A stretch of 64,000 bases of DNA from Vicugna vicugna (taxonomy: Eukaryota): assembly GCA_013265495.1 (NCBI GenBank), contig MU058824.1:5172691-5236690 (forward strand), in the 5' to 3' direction. This document shows, in pieces, positions 1 to 33,670 of this stretch; position 1 is the stretch's first letter; each line of letters starts with the position of its first letter. The notes under the pieces were generated by a model. It searched no databases, had not been told where the DNA came from, and saw nothing but the letters and a program-made list of their open reading frames with translations. A program made the translations under genes and the position numbers.

Positions 1-102
1 ATGTAAGAATTAGCACAGAAGTAGTTGTATATGATCTTGGGGCAGTGGGCTGTGGATTAGAGAGCAGGATGTGACTGTAAAGAGGCCTATCTCTTCCCCC
101 AG

Positions 103-1833
103 GTCCTTTTACTGTGCCATGGCAGGCAGTCTCTGCTTGGGCCTTCATGGCCACACAGACCTTCTATTCTACGGGCCACCAGCCTGTCTTTCCAGCTATC
201 CATTGGCATGCAGCCTTCGTGGGAGTCTCAGAGCGTCTTGAGTCTAGCGGTCTGTCTGCTTTGCTGGTGGGAGCCAACACCTTTGCCTCCCATATCCTCT
301 TTGCAGGTACCTCCTCATTCCTCCCTTGCTTCCATTGTTTACTCTGGCTTTGTGGAAGGAAAGGAAACCCCTGGATTTGAGTGGGGAAATGTGATTTTGT
401 TGGATCTTTGGTACCCCTTGGCCTATGCTAATTAGAGGCTGAGCCAGCTAGAATAGTTGGGGGTCAGGGTGGCCTGGTACCTAGGTCCTTCATTGATTCT
501 AGCCCTGCCTTCCTCTGAGGCAGTAGGTTGCCCATTGCTCCTGCTCTGGCCCTTTCTGTGTGAGAGTCAAGGGTCCCGGAAGAGGCGACAGCCCCCAGGG
601 AATGAAGCTGAGGCCAGAGTCAGACCTGAGGAGGAGGAGGAGCCACTGATGGAGATGCGGCTCCGGGAGGCACCTCACCACTTCAATGCAGCGCTGCTGC
701 AGCTGGGCCTCAAGTACCTCTTTGTCCTTGGTATTCAGGTGGGTGCAGGGGAGAGATCACGGAGTTAGTGACCTTTTCTCATGGGTGTACATCACATTCT
801 TTCTCATACTTTGCCAAAACCCTAGAGGAGAGCCTTGACTGAGATATAGATAAGTGAAGTGGTTGTCCAAAGGCCGGTGGCCTCAAATGGTAGTATTGAG
901 ACTTGAACCTGGTTTTCCTTCATCCTAGTCTTGGACTGTTACCTTTCTACAAGCTAGATTTGGACCCTGATGGTTGCATTTGGGGGTTACTCCATTAGTG
1001 GACAGACTGGAAAAGCTGAAGTGATGGCCAGGATTCTTTCCTAAGCTGTGATCATGGATTCTCCTTTCGTTCAGAGGCAGAAGGTGTGACTCTGACATCC
1101 CCTCCACCCTGGGAGGCAGAGCCTGAGTGTCAGCGGCACAGATGAATAATGCTTGCCCAAGGTCACATAGCAAGTCATGGTGGGGCCAGGAAAAGAATTA
1201 GATCTCCTAACTTCTAGCTCAGGATTTTTTCCACTGACACTGCTTTCTCCCCCTTCCATTCTTCACAGGGGCCTACAGCAGCTCTCTGTTTGACCTGCTT
1301 CCCCCTCCCCTTCCCGAATAACTTGACTCCTCCTCTCTTTCCTTAGATTCTGGCCTGTTCCTTGGCAGCCTTCATCCTCCGCAGGCATCTCATGGTCTGG
1401 AAGGTGTTTGCCCCCAAGTGAGTGGATTTGTGTGAGAAGTATTGGTGTGGGGGAGGGTGAAGCTTGGAGAAAACAGTGAACATCCAGAGTAGATGAGGTT
1501 TTTGCCTCCACAGGGAAAAGGCTGTAAACCTAATTTCTGTGTCCTTTGAGATTCTCCACCTTTCTTTGCAGGTTCATGTTTGAGGGCATGGGCTTCATTG
1601 TGAGCAGCGTGGGACTTTGCCTGGGCATAGCTTTGGTGATGCGAGTCGATGGTGCTGTGAGCTCCTGGTTCAGGCAGTTAGTTCTGGCCCAGCAGAGAGG
1701 TGGAGAACAGTCTGGCCTGGTCTTTACAGGTGCTGAATCATCTGCAGGAGAGGCTCAGCCACACCTCTTACCACCATGCAGCCAGGAGCTACTGACATCT
1801 GGAACTTCATTATTTTATAATTCAAAATTATAG
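103..1833 (+). CDS. PIGO: GPI ethanolamine phosphate transferase 3 (PIGO), last four coding exons; gene begins upstream of window
   Basis: AG/GT-bounded exons 103-306, 524-738, 1347-1417 and 1572-1833 splice in frame to [41 protein letters not shown]...[16 protein letters not shown]...[16 protein letters not shown]...[21 protein letters not shown], the recognisable PIGO C-terminus. Stop TAG is at 1831-1833, after a 44-aa extension. Confidence 0.96.
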
Positions 1834-1900
1834 TGGAGTCTAATCCCTAACTCCTGTTTTGGATACATCTGAGGGACTGGGGGAACTTTCTCCAAAGTGG

Positions 1901-1906
1901 AATAAA
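1901..1906 (+). terminator. PIGO polyadenylation signal AATAAA
   Basis: Canonical AATAAA 68 nt after the PIGO stop, followed by GT-rich sequence (gtgtgtttg). Confidence 0.8.
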
Positions 1907-2579
1907 ATAATAATGTAAATACGTGTGTTTGAGGTGTGGGGGAGCCCGCACTGTCCTACAGGGGATATGAGGAGGGTTGGTCTTCCCTCATCCAGGCACT
2001 GATAGGATCAGCCATCTTATGCAGACCTGAGAAGCTTTGGAAAGTGGTTGGAGTTGTCTGAATTCATTTCTCCCACCTCCTCTCAAATCGCTACTATTAT
2101 TCCACCTGCAATTTTCCTTTGCCATGCCACGTACTTCATTAAATTCTTTTGCTTTGGGCAATAACAGAGATGGCTGAAAAGACAAGCCAAGGCATCATAG
2201 AACACACAGACTTTCACTGTCTAAAGCTCCAATAGTGGAGTGTCCTCTCATTTCAGAACACCCTTGCCCTTCACTTCTGTGGAGGCCTCCCTAGTTTCCC
2301 AACCCATGATGCCTTTTAATCAGATCTACTTGCGCATCTAGCAGAGTATTCCACCTTGTCATATTGATTATTCCTGACTTGAAGCCAAAATTGTGTGAAT
2401 CTAATGCTCCTCATGCATGTCTCCTGTGCCCTCCATCCACCTCACTACTCCTGTGTCATGTTGAAGTGCTGGCATGAAATCCTCATGGCAGTGTCCATTA
2501 AAGGAGTGGGGAAGAGGTTCTGAGGAGAAAGGTCAGAACTGGGGTCTGAGGTTTGAGGGTGCCCAGGACAGGAGGTGAT

Positions 2580-2880
2580 GAGGTATATGATTTGCAAATA
2601 ATTTCTCCCACCTTGTGACTTTTCTTTGAATGTTATTTTTTACTGAGGTATAATCTTTGAATTTTTCCCCCAGTTTTATTGAAATATAACATACGTCAAT
2701 GGATAAGTTTAAGGTGTACAGCATAATGGTTTGACTTACATCTTTGAATTTTCTTGGTGGTGTCTTTGTAGAACAAGAGTTTTAAATTTTAATTAAGACC
2801 ATCTTATCCATTTTGAGTTGACTTTATGGATGATGAGGGTCATACTTTGTTTCTTCTTTGCATACGGATCTCCAGTGCTC
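2580..2880 (-). mobile_element. Old LINE-1 fragments
   Basis: Antisense L1 3'-end motifs: tatgatttgcaaata..ttctccca, ttttattgaaatataa, aagtttaaggtgtacagcataatg, ttttaaattttaat, tccattttgagttga. Confidence 0.65.
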
Positions 2881-2959
2881 CGGCTTCCATTTGTTGGGAG
2901 TGGGCAGGTACGTCTGAGCAGTGCAGGCTGAGCAAGCACAAGGCTGTGCTGCCATCTAG

Positions 2960-3604
2960 TCCGACTGCATGCGTATTACCGAGGGCCTCGGTCTCTGGTC
3001 CATTCTTTTTGAAGACGCTTTTCTGCTGGGACTGCACTTTTCATGGCGGCTCCAGGCGGCACTACAACTCCCAGCATGCATCGCGCGGGCCAGCCCTCGG
3101 CGGCGGGGAACGTCCTGGAAGTGTGGCTGCGAGGGAAGGGCTGAGCCGCGGGTTCCACTGCCAACATCCGCTTCTCAAGGCTTTTGGCTGAGCGGGCGGA
3201 GCGGCGAGAGGTACGACCTCTCTACTCAAGCACGCCCCGGCCTCGGGCCCGCCTCCGCCCCACTCTCTAGTCTGATCTCTACTTTCTTCCTCGAGTTTCC
3301 CGCGGGGAGTAACCCTTGAAGACGACCAACCGCAGCCTAGCGTTTTGCCGGCTGGGCCAACCAGAGGCGAGGGTGGAAGAGGCGGGGCTGGGTGGGGGTC
3401 GTGGAAACCCCAGCAGGCGGTGAGGCTAGAGTTTGTTTCCCCTTGAGAGGGTAGGCCGCCCCGGCTGGAACCCTGAGAGGAGCAGAGGATTCTTGGCGGG
3501 TTACGGAAGTGCACAGACCCCTCCCCGCTCAGTGGGAGCTTCGGAGGGGCCAGGCTCACCCTTCGGCAGCCCTCTTCCGGTGTCCGGGCCCAGCCTGGGC
3601 CACC

Positions 3605-3620
<16 letters not shown>
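2960..3620 (+). promoter_or_regulatory. FANCG CpG-island promoter/5'UTR with ZNF143/THAP11-type ACTACA-SBS motif
   Basis: CpG-dense stretch directly upstream of the FANCG ATG (3605). ACTACAACTCCCAGCATGC at 3061-3079 matches the ACTACAnnTCCCA-SBS consensus, and GC boxes are present. Confidence 0.75.
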
Positions 3621-8732
<5,112 letters not shown>

Positions 8733-10467
8733 CTGCCACATTTCAAAGAATCTTATTAGCTGGGGCCTCAGTGGGTCATCTGTGGGGAGGGCTTTCTGCT
8801 CTACCATCCTTGGAGAATGTGGCTGGAGCTGACCATTCCTATATAAATCTGGCATTGAAGAGGTTGGTGGTGGTCCTGCAAAATTTGGTCTAGTTACTGC
8901 TATTCTGGTTCCAGAAGAATCCCCCACTTCCCCCAACAAGGCTTTGACTTTGCTCATGGCACTTTTCTTTCCTGTTTCCCTTTTCATGTATTGAGTAAAA
9001 TTTCATACCTATCTCTTGTCTCCCTAGTACATATACTTGACTGGAAAGTATCACAGCTATCTGATTCGGTTGAGTGTTTGTTGTCTAAGATGCCCTTTCC
9101 CAATCTCACCTACCTTATGAGCTTCAGGAGAAAGGGCTACAGGAATCCTTACACAGGAAACAATGCCTTTAGTCTTTGTTGCCTAAAAGCAGAGCCCCAA
9201 AGCCTAGGACTGTGTGAGGTGACAGAATGAGTGGAGTTAGGTCTGGAAGGTGGTCTGGGCAGGCCTCTCAGGAGAAGTGCAGGTATTTGGTTCTTAGAGG
9301 GAAGGAACAAGCAGACCTCTGAGTCTCTCAGAATGACCCCTCACCCCCTCCCTAATCCCAGATTTGGAGTCAAATGTGTCTGTGTGGATAAAGGTTGAAG
9401 GATGAATTAAGTTAACATGCCACCACAGTTGCCTATTGAATATAGTCAGGATTAGCTGGCATTTTGGGACCAAGGACTTTAAGCCTTGGTAAGTAATTTT
9501 CTTGCCGTTTTGGGCTCTATTGAATGGGCTGTGTGTTCTGTGGTTGCCTTTTGACTTCTCTCTGGACTTGAGTATCCTCCCTCTTTTAGCCGTTAATGGA
9601 AATGTGTACCTCCAAGTCCTGAGGAACTGTCAAACCCCTGGGATTAGGATTACCAGAGGGTGCAATGACAATAGGGTATAGTAGATTAAGAACTGGGGTG
9701 CTACTAACAGTCCAGAGTAGAGGTGGCTCGAGCCAGCGCTTTGAAGGAGCAAGGAGAGGGGTTAGGGGGGATTCTCAGGTTTTGGAAAAAGATGGGTGTG
9801 TAGAGTATCACTGCAACAGGACTAGACTAATACAGGGTTCAATCCATTGTGCCAGGTTCTACCAGCAGGATACGCTCAAGAGCCAATGAACTGGAGCCAA
9901 GTGGGAGATTGCCTCCCAGGGATTAAAGGTTCTACTTTTCGCCAGTCGATCTGGTCTCATTCCTTTCGTTGATTGGTCGAGAATCCCAATCCGTCGAGGA
10001 AGTTTAACCTTGCGGCCAATTGACGTGGCGTTACTAGGCGTGTTGCATCCCTGAGGCGGGAGCCAGGCTGCAAGCGAATTTTCTGATTGGCTCTGGTCGG
10101 CGGGTTGCTGGGGAGAGGCGCGGAGAGGCGGGCGGGAGTACCCAGAGCAGGCGGTGATTGGCTGAGGTGAGAGCACCTCTCCTTCCGATGATTCGGCTCT
10201 TCTAGGCTCAGTCTTAGCGAAGCGTCTGCAGCCGTCGTTTGAGTCGTCGCTGCCGCTACCCCCTCGCGGATCAGGCGCCAGCGTACCCCGCCCGCCCACC
10301 GCCCCGGTGCCTCTGGGAGGAAGCGAGAGGGAGGCCGTCTGCCGGTTTGTCGCCGCCGGTCGCCCCCCGCCCGGGAGAGCCGAGCCTCGGCCCAGTCGGT
10401 CTCCTGCCACCTCTCGTAGCCGTTACCCGTGGGCCGCTACAGCCGCCGGCCGGGAGAGGCGCGCGCC

Positions 10468-10484
10468 ATGGCCTCTGGAGCTGA
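10468..10484 (+). CDS. VCP: Duplicate copy of VCP coding exon 1 (MASGAD-)
   Basis: gccATGGCCTCTGGAGCTGA|gtgagt, identical to 11326-11342, with strong Kozak context and a canonical donor. Confidence 0.85.
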
Positions 10485-11325
10485 GTGAGTGTGTGCGCGC
10501 GCCCGTCCGCCCGCTGCGGGTGCGCGCACCGGGAGACCCGCGGCGCTGGGTAGGCCCGACCGGGCCTGGCTGTGGGCACGTCTAGGACGTGGAGAACGGG
10601 AAGAGAGAGAGGGAAGGAGAGGGAGAGAGAATAAGGGGCCGCGGACCCCGCTGGGCCCAGCTGCGCACCCGCGCGCCCCCTAGGCGGGGCTTGCGTTGGG
10701 CCTGGGTCGGGGCCTGGGCCAGATCGTGCTGTGTCATGCAGGCCCGAGCCGGCCTCAAAGTGGGAGATTGCCTCCCAGGGATTAAAGGTTCTACTTTCGC
10801 CAGTCGATCTGGTCTCATTCCTTTCGTTGATTGGTCGAGAATCCCAATCCGTCGAGGAAGTTTAACCTTGCGGCCAATTGACGTGGCGTTACTAGGCGTG
10901 TTGCATCCCTGAGGCGGGAGCCAGGCTGCAAGCGAATTTTCTGATTGGCTCTGGTCGGCGGGTTGCTGGGGAGAGGCGCGGAGAGGCGGGCGGGAGTACC
11001 CAGAGCAGGCGGTGATTGGCTGAGGTGAGAGCACCTCTCCTTCCGATGATTCGGCTCTTCTAGGCTCAGTCTTAGCGAAGCGTCTGCAGCCGTCGTTTGA
11101 GTCGTCGCTGCCGCTACCCCCTCGCGGATCAGGCGCCAGCGTACCCCGCCCGCCCACCGCCCCGGTGCCTCTGGGAGGAAGCGAGAGGGAGGCCGTCTGC
11201 CGGTTTGTCGCCGCCGGTCGCCCCCCGCCCGGGAGAGCCGAGCCTCGGCCCAGTCGGTCTCCTGCCACCTCTCGTAGCCGTTACCCGTGGGCCGCTACAG
11301 CCGCCGGCCGGGAGAGGCGCGCGCC

Positions 11326-23775
<12,450 letters not shown>

Positions 23776-23971
23776 GTGGTGGTAGCCAGTGTACAGTGAG
23801 CTGGCCTGGCTGGACCTTGTTCCCTGAGGGTGGGGGCGCTCGCCCAGGAGGGACCAGGGATGCACCCGCGGCCTGCTCCATTCCTCAGTCTGAACAGTTC
23901 AGCTACAGTCAGACTCTGGACAGGGGGTTACTGTTGCAAAAAAAAAACAAAAAACAAAACAAAAGCGATAA

Positions 23972-24323
23972 AATAAAAGTGATTTTTCATTTGGGAGGCG
24001 GAGAGTGAATTACCAACAGGGAATTGGGCCTTGGGCCAACGCCATTTCTGTTGTAGTTTGGGGCAGTGCAGGGGACCTCTGTGGTGTGAACAAAGGCATT
24101 ATTGCCACTCTCCACAGTAAAGCACCTGCACTTCACTCAATGCTGCCCAACCCTCCCTTCTTCCCCCTACCCAACCCGGGCAGGAGGGTGAAGGGCTACA
24201 GTTGCTGGGTGTTTATATAGAGAGTAGGTTGATTTTTATTTTACATGCTTTTGAGTTAATGTTGGAAAACTAATCACAAGCAGTTTCTAAACCAAAAATG
24301 ACATGTTGTAAAAGGACAATAAA
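23972..24323 (+). terminator. Two tandem VCP polyadenylation signals (AATAAA at 23972-23977 and 24318-24323)
   Basis: Two canonical hexamers ~200 and ~545 nt after the VCP stop. Confidence 0.75.
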
Positions 24324-26303
24324 CGTTGGGTCAAAATGGAGCCTGAGTCCTGGCCCCTGTGCCTGCTTCTTTTCCTGGGAAGGGCCTTGGGCTACCCCTT
24401 ACTGCCAAGGCACTCTTCCAGATGTGAAATCCTGGAAGTAAGATTGTACCATCTTCCCCTCCTGATTAATATTGGTATGCTGCTGCCTCGCCCAGTGTCT
24501 GCAGTATCACTGGATAGGACTGCAGTGGAGGGGGAGCAGTCTGATGGAGCTCCAGGTGTGGAGTATGTGGCATTCTCCACCAACATATGAAGGGAGTGGT
24601 GAGACTAGGCCTGCAGAGCCCCCTTTCCTGACGAAGGCTGGATTGGGGTGCCCTTCAAAAATCTTAAGGTTATAGAAAGATACAGTCTGTGTCTGGAGAT
24701 GGATGTTCTCTTCATGCTTCTAAAAATTCAGTACATTCATGTTCTGGTTGAGGAGCACTTCAAATGATGTCCACCTTTATGTAATTTGTATTATAAAAAA
24801 TAGCGTTTTTCTAATATGAAATTCTAGTATTGAATGTGTTTTTTTCTAAACTAAACATCCTTCTCTCTCTTAGTTTTTCAGATGACTGCTTGCATAGTTT
24901 TGTCCAGGTATAGAGTATCCCCTTCGTTTAGCAAGTACCAATGTAATCACTTAGTGCTTCTGGGATCACTACCTTGATGCCTTACTGAATGAGGAGTATG
25001 GTGCAGAGAAAATAATCCACTGAGTCAAATTTTTATTAGTTGTTCTAATATTTGTACCAGGCTCTGGTCTGGTATACATAGGTAATCTCCAAGGACTCAA
25101 GATAGTTATATTGGCTGATTAAACCGGGGCATCTCAAACTCATGTGCTATGAAATAGATATTTTTGCACTTTTGTGATTTGTATTGACTGTCCATTGTTT
25201 CCAATGGCACTTTCTCCACTGGATCCTGTCTTTGGTCCTTCTTTGGTTTTCCCACCATTTAGGTGTCATGATGGCTTATCTTTCAGTCTTCGTCCCACTC
25301 TCAACACGGTAACTCTGTCTCATCCCTGTAGCAGCCTACCCTCAGTGAGACCAAAGACAGGGTCTTTTGGGGAAAAGACATTTGGTACCTCTGCATCAGA
25401 ACAAAAGGCAAGATCCCACAAAATATGTAGAGATACTGGTTGATATGTGATAGAAATTTGTATTGGAATGATTGCTTTGCTCTCACTTGTAATACAGTAT
25501 GTCTATAGGGAAGATGGTTAAAGCTCTATGGGTTCTTTAGGAAAAAACAAGAGCAGATTTGTGAGAGGTCTGGCTTTGCTTCTGGCACTTGTACCTATAG
25601 CAGTGTAGCATCAGACAATGAAGTTGCTCTTCTGAGGCCTCAGAATTCTTAGTCTGATAAAATGATGGACAGTGGTTTGTAAACTGTAGAAAGCAGTATG
25701 AGGCACTGTTTATTGTCAGCTTACACTTGCAGGAGCCTGCATACTTAAACCAAGAGGCAGATTATATAGGCAGCTCATCTTTTCCCCCACAGGGTTCACA
25801 GAAAGGAGTTAGAATGTGATCTTACTATAGCTAATCTCTTCTTCCCGTAGGATAAGAGCTGTGATTAGAAGATGGATTTCTAACCAAGAATATGGCATCA
25901 AAATAGGTCAGAGGACAAACAATTTGCTACAAAGGCAGAAGCAAAGGTGGAACTATAAATCTAACATCTTGAGAGTTATTTGGATCCAAGATATTGGTCC
26001 TATAAGTAGCCCTGAGAGTCTAGTGGTCACGTAATGCTGGGAAGGAATACATGCCTGCCAATCATAAGTTTGACTGAACTGTGCAAATGTTAAGTGGTTT
26101 GTTAATCTTTCTTAGCCCTCCAACCTACTGAGGGCTTAAAAACACTTAAGAATATAGGACTTAGATTTCTCATAAAGCTATTCAGAGATTCATAGACTTT
26201 AAATGGCCCTGTGTCAAGTAGGAATTCAGAATTGCATTGTCTTGAGACTTTCTAGGGGTGGATAATCTGGTGTGGAGAAGGAAAATACTTTCAGTTCCAC
26301 TCT

Positions 26304-26321
26304 TGGCCAGCAGGTGGTGCT
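26304..26321 (+). promoter_or_regulatory. CTCF-like binding motif
   Basis: TGGCCAGCAGGTGGTGCT is close to the CCASYAGRKGGCRS core and is preceded by TCAGTTCC, which resembles the upstream zinc-finger motif. Confidence 0.55.
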
Positions 26322-26599
26322 TTGGATTTAGACCCTATAAGCAGGTTTGGGCTAAATAAAACTTTGGAACAGAATAGTGACATTAATGAGAGGAGGCAGA
26401 GGGACAGCATGTACCTTCTGACTAGCTGTTTTTCTTAACCAGATACAGAGAGTAGAGCAAATGTTGTGGAATGGAAAGAGCACTGGTTTGGGAGTGTAGA
26501 CTTGACCTCACAGAATCTCACTGCCTTTGAAGGGCTTTATAGCCATAATAGGAAACATGCTTATCACCAAGGCACAACTTGTTATGGGGCTGCAAGGAA

Positions 26600-27800
26600 G
26601 GGGACACCGTACCAAGATAGAATCTGAGAAGGCTCTGGAGGTAGTCTAAACTGGGCATTAAAGGAAGGTGGGAGGCTTGACCTGGAGGAGTGCAAGAGAG
26701 CAAAAGACAGAGGATGCTTAGGAAACATCAGGTTGATTAGTAAAGGAGTAAATTCTGAGAGGCCAAACCATGTTGTGAAGAACCTCAAATACTAGATGTG
26801 AACTTTATTCTAAAGATGTCATATGTCTTCTGGGGGTTTTGGGCAGGAAAGTAACAAGATTTCAGTGCTGGACAATTCACTTTTTTTTCTTCTATTGTGG
26901 CAAAATAACAAAATTCACCCAACAATTTCCATCCGTACAGTACAGTATTGTCAACCACATGTGCATTGTGTATAGACAATTCATTCTTATTGACAATTGA
27001 CATTTAAAAAAAAACTTTTAGAAAAGCAGTAATGTGTTGCAGAAATTTTGAAAAATACAAGCAAATTTAAAAAATACTTCCAATAGCCAGAGATAATCAT
27101 TTTAATAACTTTGGTTCATATTTTTCTGAATCTGTTTCTGTGTATGTGTATAAATGTGTGTGTGGTATTTTTTTAATCAAAATAAGGTCATACTACTTTA
27201 TAACTTTTTTAGTCAGTAATCTCCACCTTTCCCTTTCAGTAAATTTCCATTTAATCAAGCACTCATACCATATTCAGAGTTTCCCAAGTGAACCAAAAAT
27301 GTCATTCACAACTGTTGACCAAATCAAATCAACCTGTGGACCACAGGTTGCATCTGTTACGTTCCTTTACTCAAACTTTTGTGATGCTTGTTGAAGAGAT
27401 TGGGTCAGTTAACCTCTAGAGAATTGTAGCCGTGTATGGAGGATGAATTAGAAGGAGTAGGACAACTAATTTAGTGAGAAATGATAACTGAACTAAGACA
27501 GTGATGGTGGAGATTGAGAGGTGAAGATGGACTTGAAGTACATTTTATATTTGTGTAATTGACAGGGTTATAATTGATGATGGATTAGATTAGGGAGTGA
27601 GGAGAAGGGAGGAGTCAGGGATGGCAGGTTTCTGGCTTCAGTATTGGGGTGGGTGTGATACCTCTTCAATAAGAATAGACACACTGGAGGAAAAGATTAA
27701 AGGCAAAATGAGTAAGTTTTGGACAAGTTGAATATGTGAATGCTATTAGGTGGTTAGATATGTGGATATGAAATCTAGAGATGGTTAGAAAATGATCCAT
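26600..27800 (+). mobile_element. Degraded LINE-2 fragments (26600-26870, 27420-27800) with intervening L1 pieces
   Basis: L2-type motifs aactttattctaaag..ggggttttgggcaggaaagtaacaagat, and gaggagaagggaggagtcagggatgg..aggtttctggctt..ttttggacaagttgaa. Confidence 0.55.
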
Positions 27801-28102
27801 GTTTTGAAATATGGCACTTAATAGAATGAGTTCAAAACATTTTTTAATGGTCTGGTAGAATTGGACATTTGTTTTGGGGGTGAGGAGAGTTAGATTCCCA
27901 ACTCACACTTTACTCAAAAATTAGATTAACACTCTAAACAAATCTATGAAAGTGCTAGAAGAAAGCATTTTAGAAGCCATAAAGGAAAGTGTTGGTAGAT
28001 TTAAACTTTGGCACAGTAAAAATCACCTTAAACAAAATTGGAAAATAAAGTACAGATTGGGAGAAGATATTTGCAGCATACATAACAGGTTGAGTTAATA
28101 TC

Positions 28103-28574
28103 TGTGATAGGATGATGCCATTCCTGAATACCCCTTGCAAAAAAAAGTCCACATCCTAACCCTGACACCTGTGAATATATCATTTTACATGGCAAAAAGG
28201 AATTAAAGTTGCAGATGGAATTAAGGTTGCTAGCCAACTGACTTGAAGATAAGGGTATCTGATTATCCAGGTGGGCCCAATGTAATTAAAAGTGTCCTTA
28301 AAAGTGGGAGAGGTAGACAAGAGTGATGTAATGTGAGAAGAACTTGAACTTGCCTTTGTTAGCTTTGAAGATGGAGGAAGGCCAGTCAGTAGTTGAGAAA
28401 TGGGGGCAGCCTCTAGAAGTTGGGAAGGATAGTGAGTTTTACCCAGTTCCCACAGAAAGGAATGCAGCCCTGCCAGCCTCTTGATTTTAGCCCTGTGGGA
28501 CATATATCAGACTTCTGACCAAATTTATGTTGTTTTGTGGTCATTTGTTATGACAGCAGTAGAAAAGTAATACA
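28103..28574 (+). mobile_element. MaLR solo LTR (MLT1 family) inserted into an older L1 fragment (~27850-28660)
   Basis: TG...CA termini. Motifs gattatccaggtgggcccaatgtaat, gctttgaagatggaggaagg, ggaatgcagccctgcc, ttgattttagccc and tttgttatgacagcagtagaaaagtaataca. Flanked by ATATC (28098-28102) and ACATC (28575-28579), a degenerate 5-bp TSD. Confidence 0.85.
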
Positions 28575-29139
28575 ACATCCGACAAACAGTGCGGTAGAAA
28601 AATGGGTATATGATATGAACAGGAAATTATAGAAGACGTCCAGATGACCACTAAACATGAAAAAGGACTTTTGTTCTTGTGGCCTTGGAGATGCATGAGT
28701 TAAACTAGAGAGAGAAAAGAGCTGAGGGCTGACAAGAATTGGCCAGGAAGATACATGGAGAACTTGTGGATGAAGTAGGTAAAGAAGGGGACCATACCCA
28801 GGACTAAGAACAGCTGCCTAGACCCAGACCAATTGGGCTCATGTGAACAGATGTATTTTTCTTCTGTTGACTTGCTGTGCAGTATTTTCCAAGGGCAGCA
28901 TTGGTCTGTGCTCCACTGGCCTTAACAGCCTCACCCTGTAGAGTAGGGATGTGTGGACTCCAGGTTGATCATCTGTGAAGGGCTTGAAAAGAAAATTGAG
29001 CCTGTAGAATCCTGAGCTGTCTACTTCTGGGACTTGATCCTGAGGGAATATGGCTGCAGCAGAAGTTTATAGGGAATTAACATTCCCAGCACCCCAGACT
29101 CCAAAGAAGACATGAGTAGGATTTGTCTGGTTGAGCTAG

Positions 29140-29145
29140 TTTATT
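29140..29145 (-). terminator. SPATA31G1 polyadenylation signal
   Basis: TTTATT on + (AATAAA on -), 79 nt past the stop at 29224. Confidence 0.75.
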
Positions 29146-29223
29146 AGGATTTCCTTGGCTTGTCTCCCCACCCCACAAATGGTTTGGCTTCAGGTCTTGA
29201 GGTACTTATATTGGGTGCCGGTA

Positions 29224-33309
<4,086 letters not shown>

Positions 33310-33499
33310 TTACCCTGATGTCATCACTGCATCACAGAACAAAGAACTCCCATCCCCCACATACCTAACAGCAGTCTTCCTGAATTTAAGGCCAGAAAAT
33401 TGCCCCCCACCAGGCAACTCATACTTCATACAGTGAAGCCTGGGTGATCCCCTTTTGTCTCTATTGCCAAGGTCAGAATTATCTTCAGGCATTGTGCTT

Positions 33500-33670
33500 G
33501 AGGACATAGATTCTAGCATCAAACTGCCTTATTCATATCCCAGCTCTGCCACTTACTACCTGTGAAATCTCAAAGTACTTAATCTTTCAGTGCCTCAGTT
33601 TTCTCATCTGTAAAATGGAGATAATATCACTACTTACCACTTAGGGTTGCTTTGAGGATTAAATGATAGA
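33500..33670 (+). mobile_element. MIR SINE followed by LINE-2 fragment (33670-33980)
   Basis: cccagctctgccacttact..tcagtgcctcagttttctcatctgtaaaatggagataat..gggttgctttgaggattaaatga is the MIR core; L2 motif gaagatgactccagggttcctgacttggg follows. Confidence 0.8.
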
